In this document: positions 1-8,252 of the stretch, piece after piece
How positions within the stretch are numbered: the stretch's first letter is position 1
How the letters are laid out: every line of letters begins with the position of its first letter
Assembly (NCBI GenBank): GCA_964453135.1
Contig: CAYVOL010000004.1
Coordinates: 1 to 61,951 of the forward strand
From: an uncultured Candidatus Saccharibacteria bacterium
Lineage (GTDB): Bacteria; Patescibacteriota; Minisyncoccia; UBA6257; UBA9933
DNA length: 61,951 bases
Reading direction: 5' to 3'
Position numbers and translations under genes: made by a program
The notes under the pieces: generated by a model
Told to the model about the DNA's origin: nothing
Databases searched by the model: none
What the model saw: only the letters and a program-made list of their open reading frames with translations

Positions 1-2
1 TT

Positions 3-902
3 CGATCCGGCTTTGACCATCACGAAGTTCTGGTGCTTGCCGCTTCGGCCGAACAAAATTCCAATCATCCTATCAGCGCTGCCATTTTGGAAGAAGCAAA
101 AAAGAACGGACTTGAACCGAATGAAAAAGTGGAGAAATTTGAGAGTATTGGCGGCCATGGGGTTAAGGCTGTTGTTAATGGCAAAGCCATCATTGCCGGA
201 ACCGAACGGCTGATGCAGCAAAACAAAATAGACCTTTCGCCGATCAAAAAAGACATCGACCGCCTGCTCCAAACCGGCAATACTATCAGCATTGTTGCGA
301 TTGACGGGCAGATTGCTGGCGCGATCGGCGTGGCCGATACTATCCGAGATTCCGCCAAGAAATCCATCGCCGCACTCAAAGGGCTCGGATTGGAAGTAGC
401 TATGATCACCGGCGACCATGATCAGGTTGCCAAAGCGGTATCAAATGAACTCGGCATAGACCGCTATTTTGCCCAAGTGCTTCCTGAAGACAAGGCAAAG
501 TATGTTAAAAAGCTCCAGGATGAAGGCAAGTTCGTGGCTATGGTCGGTGACGGTATTAATGACGCTCCAGCTTTAGCGCAGTCCGACATCGGCATTGCCA
601 TCGGTGCCGGTACGGATGTGGCAATCGAGACCGGTAATATCGTGCTCATGAAATCCGATCCTTACGACATCGTCGCCGCTATCCGCCTGTCCAAAGCTAC
701 GGTTACCAAGATGAAGCAGAACCTCTTCTGGGCGGCGATTTATAACGTGCTGGCGATTCCGGTGGCAGCCGGCGTGTTTTATACCTCGTTCGGTATTTCC
801 CTGCGCCCGGAATTCTCGGCCCTGCTGATGTCAGCGTCGTCGATAATTGTCGCTACTAATGCGGTGCTGTTGAAAAGGGTGGAAAGTAAATTGAATGTAT
901 GA
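3..902 (+). CDS. copA: Heavy-metal (probably copper) P1B-type ATPase, C-terminal part; 5' end lies outside the window
   Basis: Frame is open from position 3. Motifs: SNHPI (HP), MITGD, MVGDGINDAPAL, GAGTDVA, and TM motifs YNVLAIP and MSASS typical of Cu-type P1B ATPases. Confidence 0.85.
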   Translation, partial: RSGFDHHEVLVLAASAEQNSNHPISAAILEEAKKNGLEPNEKVEKFESIGGHGVKAVVNGKAIIAGTERLMQQNKIDLSPIKKDIDRLLQTGNTISIVAIDGQIAGAIGVADTIRDSAKKSIAALKGLGLEVAMITGDHDQVAKAVSNELGIDRYFAQVLPEDKAKYVKKLQDEGKFVAMVGDGINDAPALAQSDIGIAIGAGTDVAIETGNIVLMKSDPYDIVAAIRLSKATVTKMKQNLFWAAIYNVLAIPVAAGVFYTSFGISLRPEFSALLMSASSIIVATNAVLLKRVESKLNV

Positions 903-1594
903 ATTATCTGATCTTGGCTCGTCACGGCGAATCCAGATGGAATACAGCCAATAAATTTACCGGCTGGGTAGATGTTCCTTTAGCCGAAAAAGGAATCAAG
1001 GAGGCCGCAGCTATGACAAAATGCCTGAAGCATCTGAAGTTGGACGTGGCTTTCACTTCCAATCTGGAAAGAGCGCGCGAAACATTGCTGATCATTTTAG
1101 CCTCCCAACATTGTACGGGAATTTTCTTGCATGAAGACGAACACCATGGATTCAAATATTCGTTCAACAACAAAGAACATGAAATTTTCGTCCATACCGA
1201 TTGGGCGCTTAACGAAAGACATTACGGAGCTCTGCAGGGCATGAACAAGGAGGAGGCCGCCAAGAAGTACGGCCGTGAAAAAGTTTTGGCCTGGCGGCGC
1301 AGTTTCAATGAACGGCCTCCCCGCGGGGAAAGCTTGCGTGACGTGTATGATCGGGTGGTGCCGTATTTCAAGCGAAAGATAATGCCAGAGATCCGTCGGA
1401 AAAAGAATGTTCTAGTGGTAGCGCACGGCAACAGTCTTCGAGCGCTCATAAAATATATTGACGATATTCCCGACGAGAAGATAGCCCATCTGGAACTCCA
1501 ACCGGGGTATGCGTATGTTTATGGGTTTAAAGACGGGACATTAAAAAAGACCTTCTCGGGACATTCATTCAGGCGTCCTGTATCGTGGAGGTAA
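899..1594 (+). CDS. gpmA: 2,3-bisphosphoglycerate-dependent phosphoglycerate mutase
   Basis: LARHGES.WN...FTGW.DV.L, LNERHYGALQG, WRRS...PP.GESL.D, VAHGNSLRAL. Confidence 0.92.
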   Translation: MNYLILARHGESRWNTANKFTGWVDVPLAEKGIKEAAAMTKCLKHLKLDVAFTSNLERARETLLIILASQHCTGIFLHEDEHHGFKYSFNNKEHEIFVHTDWALNERHYGALQGMNKEEAAKKYGREKVLAWRRSFNERPPRGESLRDVYDRVVPYFKRKIMPEIRRKKNVLVVAHGNSLRALIKYIDDIPDEKIAHLELQPGYAYVYGFKDGTLKKTFSGHSFRRPVSWR

Positions 1595-1604
1595 AATACA
1601 AAAT

Positions 1605-2510
1605 ATGAAAGTTAGTTTCGGCTTTGCCAGCTTTATAATGCTGCTTATAGCGATCGTTTACGCGGTCTGTGCTTCTCTGATTAAAATCGGGCTGCAGTTT
1701 GCTCCTCCCTTGTTGTTTGGGACTCTGCGGGCCTTCTTGGCAGCCGTGCTTTTATTGGGGTGGCTTTTATGGACGAAACAGAGATTTTTCCCGACAAAAA
1801 GCGAGTGGATGAAAATCTTGCTTGTCGGCATAGCGGCGACGACAATCGGCTACGGTATGATGTTTATAAGCCCGGGCAGGACAAGTGCGGGCATCGCTTC
1901 GGTGCTGGGCAATTTACAGCCCCTGTTCACCATCGTGCTTGCCGCCTTACTTCTTAAAGAATATCCGCGGAAAAAAGATGTAGTCGCGCTTCTGATTGGC
2001 ATCATCGGGATTTCGCTTATTTCTTTTTTTGACTTTTCAAATAAATCAGTCTTTGGATTCGCCGGTATGGCCGCTGCTCTTTTGGCCTCGGGTGGAACGG
2101 CTGTCGGTAACGTTTTAATGAAGAAATCATCGCTCAACTTCAACATCATGCGCGTCACTGCTTGGCAGCTGCTTATCGGCGCCGTCCCGCTCTGGTTTTG
2201 GAGTCTGTCGGTTGAAAGCCGCCGTGTTGTCTGGAATCCAGAATTTATGGCAATTCTTTTGTTCTTGGTTGTGATCGGCACGGCGATCCCGACGGTGATC
2301 TGGTTTAACCTAATTCAGTCTCATCCGGTCGGCAAGCTTTCGCTGTTCTTTTTTCTTGTTCCGGTTTTCGGGCTGTTGGTAGCCAGTTTGATTTTCCGCG
2401 AGACTTTGAAAATTAACGAGATATCGGGATTGATTCTTATAGTCCTTAGCACCGCGTTAGTCGTCTCAAATAACAAACTGCTTGGTACCGCTCACGCAAA
2501 TTCTGTATAA
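1605..2510 (+). CDS. DMT/EamA family transporter
   Basis: 301 aa with about 10 hydrophobic helices in two EamA-like halves. Confidence 0.8.
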   Translation: MKVSFGFASFIMLLIAIVYAVCASLIKIGLQFAPPLLFGTLRAFLAAVLLLGWLLWTKQRFFPTKSEWMKILLVGIAATTIGYGMMFISPGRTSAGIASVLGNLQPLFTIVLAALLLKEYPRKKDVVALLIGIIGISLISFFDFSNKSVFGFAGMAAALLASGGTAVGNVLMKKSSLNFNIMRVTAWQLLIGAVPLWFWSLSVESRRVVWNPEFMAILLFLVVIGTAIPTVIWFNLIQSHPVGKLSLFFFLVPVFGLLVASLIFRETLKINEISGLILIVLSTALVVSNNKLLGTAHANSV

Positions 2511-2599
2511 TTACAGATGAAAGAAACAATCTGACCTTTGCCGAAGTGGCGGGTCGAAGTGGTCAGCTACAATTTACAAAAATTTAACATTGATAAAAT

Positions 2600-2833
2600 A
2601 TGAAGTTATCTAAAATGATGCACGTTGTCAGTTTCATTTTCGGTTGGGCTGGTTTATTCGCTCTTATCGGGGCTTGGATTGCGGGAGATGGCGGAACTTT
2701 CATCGGGTTTTCCCAAGCGCATTTGTATAATGATGCCATTGTGTTTGAGCTCATGGCCATAGCCGCAAGCGTATGTGTCAATGTGCGGATGAAGTTGGAG
2801 AAAGAACATCCTGGTAAGCTAAATATCATCTAA
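2600..2833 (+). CDS. Small two-TM hypothetical membrane protein
   Basis: 77-aa ORF with two hydrophobic segments, AT-rich upstream region and a downstream hairpin. Confidence 0.65.
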   Translation: MKLSKMMHVVSFIFGWAGLFALIGAWIAGDGGTFIGFSQAHLYNDAIVFELMAIAASVCVNVRMKLEKEHPGKLNII

Positions 2834-2854
2834 TTTTTTTACAATAAGAACATT

Positions 2855-2883
2855 TAAAGGCACCTCTCAAGGGGGTGTCTTTA
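2855..2883. terminator. Hairpin between convergent genes, probable terminator
   Basis: TAAAGGCACC...GGTGTCTTTA stem containing a G-U pair. Confidence 0.55.
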
Positions 2884-2927
2884 GTTTGTAATAAAAAGTG
2901 GCTGTTTATCCAAAGACATATCTCGAT

Positions 2928-3230
2928 TCAGGAGATTATCTTAAATTCTCTCATCTCTTTCTGCGCTGTCTCCATATCATCAAGCACTTTTTGATATAAG
3001 GCTTTTGTTTTTTTCGGATTATCCTCGGCCGCTTTAATATCGCCATCGTCTACGAAGCCGGCTAGCGATATATAAGCACCAGCCAAGAGTCTGATCCGCT
3101 CTTTGATGGCTTGTTTGATCTTGGCTTTAGGTTCCGGAAGCGAGGACAGCGGATTAAATGATCCGCGCTGGTGTGGCAATCGTACATTTTTTGCGTCCCG
3201 GAGGACGGCTTCGATGTCCTCGTTCTCCAT
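2928..3230 (-). CDS. Hypothetical helical protein (likely start MENEDIE at 3230; ORF track starts at 3281)
   Basis: About 100-aa charged, protein-like ORF converging on the 2855-2883 hairpin. Confidence 0.6.
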   Translation of the reverse strand: MENEDIEAVLRDAKNVRLPHQRGSFNPLSSLPEPKAKIKQAIKERIRLLAGAYISLAGFVDDGDIKAAEDNPKKTKALYQKVLDDMETAQKEMREFKIIS

Positions 3231-3729
3231 AGCAAGCAAGAACATACGCTTGCCCTCGGAACAAGTCCAGCGATGAGTCATAATTGCTTAAGTTAAGCAA
3301 ATCGCACCAAGCTCTCAATTTTGGTCAAACCGGTGGGTCGGGTTCGCAAACGGTATCAAACGTCTACCCCGGGGACAAAGCTCGCTCTCGGGGCAAACAA
3401 ACGGCAATTCTTGGGTTACCTGTTGTAGGTTCGGACTGGTTGTCCGTAGATTGGACTCGAAGCGTCGAGCGGTTTCGGATACAGCGGATCCTTGTAACCG
3501 CAGGCGATCAAAAGCTCTCTCATCTGTTTTTGCACCAGCGAAGGGGCGGTATACACGGACGACCACACGATTTTCTCGTAGTCAGTTTTTAGCGCGAGCC
3601 ACAAAATTAGATACGAACTTTTTTTCGCAAAAATTTCGGCGACTTGCCCCCCTTTTTTATTTTGGAGGTTCTTTTTGTAATAATTTCAATAAATTATGCT
3701 TTCGCGATAAAAGCGGCTATGATTGAAAT

Positions 3730-4632
3730 ATGAAGTTAAAACCGCTAACGCCTGAAGAGAAAAAGATAATTGAAGAAAAAGACACGGAAGTTCCTTTTAC
3801 CGGTAAATACGAAAATTTTTACGGAAAAGGGATTTATATTTGCAAAAGATGCGGAACGCCCCTTTATCGTTCTGAAGATAAATTTGACGCGAAATGCGGC
3901 TGGCCAAGTTTTGATGATGAAATTACAGGAGCGGTAAAGAAAATTCTCGACTCTGACGGCATTCGTACGGAAATAATTTGTGCCCGTTGCGGAGCGCACC
4001 TTGGCCATGTCTTTAGCGGCGAAAGACACACTCCGAAAAATATCCGCCACTGCGTCAATTCTGTTTCGCTGGAGTTTGTCGCTCAAAATGAAATTAAGAA
4101 TAAAAAAGAAACTGCTTATTTTGCCGGCGGCTGTTTCTGGTGCACAGAAGCTGTTTTCAAAAATCTAAAAGGCGTTTTGTCGGTAGCGCCGGGGTACTCT
4201 GGCGGAGAGATTGAAAATCCGACTTATGAACAAGTTTCCGGCGGCAAGAGCGGCCATGCGGAAACAATTAAAATAGAATATAACCCCTATGTTATTTCTT
4301 ACGAAGCGCTGTTGAAAATTTTTTTTGACACCCATGACCCGACAGCCGTAAATCGTCAGGGAGACGACATCGGCCCGCAATATCGCTCCGCGATTTTTTA
4401 TGTCAGCGGAGACCAGAAAGAAATCGCGGAAAATTTTATCAAAGCATTGGAAGAAAATAAAATTTATTCCCAGCCGATAGCCACGGAAATAAAGCCGTTG
4501 GAAAAATTTTATGAAGCCGAAGAGTATCATAAAAATTATTACGAAAAACATAGAGACGCCCCGTATTGCCAAATCGTTATTTCTCCGAAGCTGGCGAAAT
4601 TAAAGGAGGAATATAAAAATTTTCTGAAATAA
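3730..4632 (+). CDS. msrAB: Bifunctional methionine sulfoxide reductase, MsrB-MsrA fusion
   Basis: N-terminal MsrB (CxxC, CGWPSF, HLGHVF, RHCVNS) followed by MsrA (FAGGCFWCTE, QYRSAIF, AEEYHKNY). Confidence 0.95.
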   Translation: MKLKPLTPEEKKIIEEKDTEVPFTGKYENFYGKGIYICKRCGTPLYRSEDKFDAKCGWPSFDDEITGAVKKILDSDGIRTEIICARCGAHLGHVFSGERHTPKNIRHCVNSVSLEFVAQNEIKNKKETAYFAGGCFWCTEAVFKNLKGVLSVAPGYSGGEIENPTYEQVSGGKSGHAETIKIEYNPYVISYEALLKIFFDTHDPTAVNRQGDDIGPQYRSAIFYVSGDQKEIAENFIKALEENKIYSQPIATEIKPLEKFYEAEEYHKNYYEKHRDAPYCQIVISPKLAKLKEEYKNFLK

Positions 4633-4721
4633 TTTTTATTTGCGGCGCGAGCAGTGGCGTAATTCTCGCTTGACCTCGCGGCTTATATTGACTTTAAAAA
4701 TTTTATGTTATTATTGAATAT

Positions 4722-5978
4722 ATGTTGCGATATTTAATCAGTGAAATGCTTGCGGGGTTTGTTGGGGCAGTTGCCGCGCTTGTTATTATAGTTCAGTTTT
4801 TGAAACAGCCGGCTGGCCGCGCGTTATTACAATTTATTAAAAAGCCCGTGGTCGCGGTTTCTTTGATTGTCTTGATAATCGCGTTTTTCTGGGGACTGCT
4901 TTCCAATAGGACATATCCGCCGAGTTTCGCGATGCCGCCGTTTATGCATTCTAACGCTCCGGGCGCAATGCCCCCCTCCATTCCTTTTGGAAATTTAATT
5001 GAATTTTTTAAAGATAGAAATAGATTTGAAATGGTAAGCGATATTAGCGAGGACCCGAACGCCGCGCCGAAAGAAGCGCAAAAGCCGGACGCCGACGGCA
5101 TTGTGCGCATTCATCTGACTGCCAAAGAAGTTATTTCCGAAGTCGCGCCGGGAATCTATTTCAATTACTGGACTTATAACGGGAAAGTTCCCGGTCCGAT
5201 GTTGCGCGTGAAAGAGGGAGATACAGTGGAAGTTTCATTAACCAATGATCCGTCAAGTTTGCACGAGCATAACATTGATTTGCACGCCGTGACCGGTCCC
5301 GGCGGCGGCGGGTCTGTTACCAAAGCCGCTCCCGGCGAAACAAAAACATTCCGCTGGAAAGCGCTGGCTCCCGGGCTTTATATTTATCACTGCGCCGTGC
5401 CTAATGTCAGTACGCATAATTCCCACGGCCAGTACGGGCTTATTCTTGTTGAGCCGAAGAGTGGGCTTCCTAAAGTGGATAAAGAATTTTATGTGGTACA
5501 GGGAGAACTTTATACTGCTGGACAACTTGGCAAAAAGGGGCTGGTTTCTTTTGATCCGCAGGCGCTTATTGACGGAAATCCGAATTACGTCGTTTTTAAC
5601 GGCAAAGTGGAAAGCGCGCCGCGCATGCGCGCCAAAGTGGGGGACACAATCAGAATGTATGTGGGCAACGGCGGCGTTAATTTGATTTCTTCTTTTCATA
5701 TCATCGGAGAAATTTTTGACACGGTTTATCCGAACGCGAGCATCGGAGGGGCAATGGAGAAAAACACGCAAGTGGCGCAAGTGCTTCCCGGCGGAGCGAG
5801 CATTGTTGAATTTAAGCTGGACGTGCCCGGAAAATATTTGCTGGTTGACCACGCTTTGGCGCGGATGAACAAAGGCGCTTGGGCGGTTCTTGACGTAAGC
5901 GGAAGCGAAAATAAAGATATTTTTTCTTCTGTTTCGGCAACCTCTTCTCCTTCTTCGGACAAAATGACGAAGATGTAA
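4722..5978 (+). CDS. nirK: Copper-containing nitrite reductase (AniA/NirK type) with N-terminal membrane segments
   Basis: HNIDLH (His183/Asp186/His188), YHC (His223/Cys224), His232, SSFHIIGEIFD and LVDH. The axial Met position is Gln237. Confidence 0.9.
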   Translation: MLRYLISEMLAGFVGAVAALVIIVQFLKQPAGRALLQFIKKPVVAVSLIVLIIAFFWGLLSNRTYPPSFAMPPFMHSNAPGAMPPSIPFGNLIEFFKDRNRFEMVSDISEDPNAAPKEAQKPDADGIVRIHLTAKEVISEVAPGIYFNYWTYNGKVPGPMLRVKEGDTVEVSLTNDPSSLHEHNIDLHAVTGPGGGGSVTKAAPGETKTFRWKALAPGLYIYHCAVPNVSTHNSHGQYGLILVEPKSGLPKVDKEFYVVQGELYTAGQLGKKGLVSFDPQALIDGNPNYVVFNGKVESAPRMRAKVGDTIRMYVGNGGVNLISSFHIIGEIFDTVYPNASIGGAMEKNTQVAQVLPGGASIVEFKLDVPGKYLLVDHALARMNKGAWAVLDVSGSENKDIFSSVSATSSPSSDKMTKM

Positions 5979-6067
5979 TTTCGGGATTATAAAGCCGCAG
6001 CCAAATTTACGGCTTGCGGATAGAAAGGATTCTTATTTAATAAATTTAATAGAATTAAAATAAAACC

Positions 6068-6631
6068 ATGGAAAATTTAATCGGTAAAAAATTACCTTCC
6101 TTTGAACTGGAAGCTTATCACGACGATAAAATCAAAAAAATTAAAATAGCGGAATTAAAAAAGTGGCTGGTTTTGTTTTTTTACCCGGCTGATTTTACTT
6201 TTGTCTGCCCCACTGAATTGGGGGAGTTGGCGGGAAAATATCAAGAATTCAAAAAATCTGGAGCGGAAATTTTAAGCGTCAGCGCGGACACGGTTTTTGT
6301 CCACAAGGCCTGGCACGACAGCTCCCCGACAATTTCCAGCATAAAATTTCCGATGTTGGCCGATCCGACCGCCAAACTCTGCCGCGCTTTGGGAACATAT
6401 ATTGAGGAAGAGGGAGTATCTCTTCGCGCCAGCTTTATCGTTTCTCCCGATGGGATAATTAAAGCTTACGAGATTCACGACAACAGCATCGGAAGAAGCG
6501 CCAATGAACTTTTAAGGAAACTGCAGGCGGCGAAATTTACGGAAACAAATAAGGGATTAGTTTGTCCGGCCAGCTGGACTCCGGGTAAGAAAACTCTAAA
6601 GCCCGGACTGGATTTGGTGGGTAAGATTTAA
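6068..6631 (+). CDS. ahpC: 2-Cys peroxiredoxin AhpC
   Basis: FYPADFTFVCPTE peroxidatic motif and VCPASW resolving motif. Confidence 0.95.
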   Translation: MENLIGKKLPSFELEAYHDDKIKKIKIAELKKWLVLFFYPADFTFVCPTELGELAGKYQEFKKSGAEILSVSADTVFVHKAWHDSSPTISSIKFPMLADPTAKLCRALGTYIEEEGVSLRASFIVSPDGIIKAYEIHDNSIGRSANELLRKLQAAKFTETNKGLVCPASWTPGKKTLKPGLDLVGKI

Positions 6632-6704
6632 TATAAGGCAGATAAGAGGATTAGAGAATTTTATTAGCAGTGTTTTATCGGCTATATGGGGACGCTCAGC
6701 AATG

Positions 6705-6789
6705 GTCATCCTGAGTCCCGCCCCGCCATGGCGGGGGGCGAAGGATCCCGTAGAGATTCTTCACCCCGCTAAGCGGGGCTCAGAATGAC
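6705..6789. repeat. Palindromic REP-like element (head-tail pair)
   Basis: GTCATCCTGAG-hairpin-CGAAGGATC ... GATTCTTC-hairpin-CTCAGAATGAC. Confidence 0.9.
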
Positions 6790-6922
6790 AAAAACAGAGA
6801 ATGATTTTATCGAGATTTCCGAACAGCATCGGTAGTAATTGACAAATGTTTGCATAAAGATATTATAAATAATAAAAATAAAAAGTCGGCATAAAAATAA
6901 TAATCATAAAAAATAATAAATT

Positions 6923-8095
6923 ATGAATAAAATAAATAAATTAGCTGTTTCCGGAGTCGCGATAACGCTTGTTGTCGGAGCGTCTTTGTCTGCCTTTTCT
7001 TTTTCTTTGGCAAAAGGACCAGTTTCATATCCGCGGATAAATCATCAGGCCACTTCTACCGCGACAACCACAAGAACCGAATATCCGGGGGTTCGGAATA
7101 AAGCGGCCACTGCTGGAAAACAAGAAAGGCCGAGTTTTAAAACAGTGCAGGGAACGGTAAAATCTGTTTCAACCGATTCTTTGGTTTTGTCCGTCCGCTC
7201 AACTGACTACACCGTCACCACCGCTTCCGCTACCCGTATCGTCAACCGGGTTTGGCGACATATTAAATTGTCTGACATTAATGCCGGCGATAAAGCGCGG
7301 GTGTTCGGGAAAATAAGCAGCACAACCATTGCCGCTCAAATAATTCGCGATATTTCTCTTCCTAAAGCGGCAAAAACAAACTTAGAAGGAAGAAGGGAAA
7401 CAAGCACTTCCACTGCTACCAGCACCAGCCATGCCCCGCGCATTAAGGAGAAGAACGGCCAAAGCACCAACTGGTCCGGCTATGTCGTGGAAACTAATCT
7501 CACAAACCCGCAAAACAACGCGGTCAGCGATGTGAAGGGAAGCTGGGTGGTTCCGGCGGTTAATTGTGCCGGCGTCAGCGGAAACACTTATTCTTCCGCC
7601 TGGGTTGGCATTGATGGATACAGCGACAATACAGTGGAGCAATTAGGCACAGAGCAAGATTGTATTAATGGCTCTCCTAGTTATTATGCCTGGTACGAAA
7701 TGTATCCTAAGCCGTCTTTTAAGATAAACCTTCCTATTAAAGCCGGTGATATTGTTAATGGAGAGGTGCGATATTTGGGAAATAATCAGTTTCAATTGAC
7801 GCTGATTAACGGTGTGAGTAAAGTTTCTATAACGCAAAAATCCAAAGCCCAGCGCCAGTCTGCTGAATGGATTATGGAGGCTCCGTGGAGCGGCGGCGTG
7901 TTGCCTCTTGCCAATTTCGGCACGATTAACTTCAGCAACGCGCAAGCGACGCTTAATAACACAATCGGCACAATCAGCAGTTGGCCGAATGATCCAATAA
8001 CAATGGTTAACGCCTCTGGTTCTTCAAAAGCAACTCCGTCCGCTCTTTCTCCCGACGGCAGCAGTTTCAGCGTTACCTGGAATAGCAGTAATTAA
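6923..8095 (+). CDS. Secreted protein: signal peptide, DUF5666-like domain, C-terminal family G1 glutamic peptidase
   Basis: STNWSGY, GSWVVP, SAWVGIDG, EQLG, YYAWYEMYP and SAEWIMEAP are G1/eqolisin motifs. The V.GTV..V....D...GDK.RV.G pattern suggests a DUF5666-like domain. Confidence 0.8.
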   Translation: MNKINKLAVSGVAITLVVGASLSAFSFSLAKGPVSYPRINHQATSTATTTRTEYPGVRNKAATAGKQERPSFKTVQGTVKSVSTDSLVLSVRSTDYTVTTASATRIVNRVWRHIKLSDINAGDKARVFGKISSTTIAAQIIRDISLPKAAKTNLEGRRETSTSTATSTSHAPRIKEKNGQSTNWSGYVVETNLTNPQNNAVSDVKGSWVVPAVNCAGVSGNTYSSAWVGIDGYSDNTVEQLGTEQDCINGSPSYYAWYEMYPKPSFKINLPIKAGDIVNGEVRYLGNNQFQLTLINGVSKVSITQKSKAQRQSAEWIMEAPWSGGVLPLANFGTINFSNAQATLNNTIGTISSWPNDPITMVNASGSSKATPSALSPDGSSFSVTWNSSN

Positions 8096-8252
8096 CCTGT
8101 TGGTAGTTGAATATCACGCAAAACGTCCCTTTCTGAAGGGGCTGTTTTGTGTTTGCCCTTCGTCCTTCAGGTTTTATATTTCAAGATTTAAGTTTTGTTG
8201 CTCTCCAATTTTCGTTTTGAATTTTGGTTTTGGGTGTGATAAAATTCATTTT

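Noticed and set aside
3284-3620. tmRNA, RNase P RNA, SRP RNA or group I/II intron
   Set aside because: I found no tRNA-like ends with a tag peptide, no GAGGAAAGUCC/P4 motif, no SRP helix-8 motif and no domain V. It is kept only as an unassigned fragment.
8100-8252. N-terminal extension of pheS predicted by the ORF track
   Set aside because: The region contains a terminator-like hairpin, a T-rich repeat array and an extended -10 element; ATG 8253 gives a normal PheS N-terminus.
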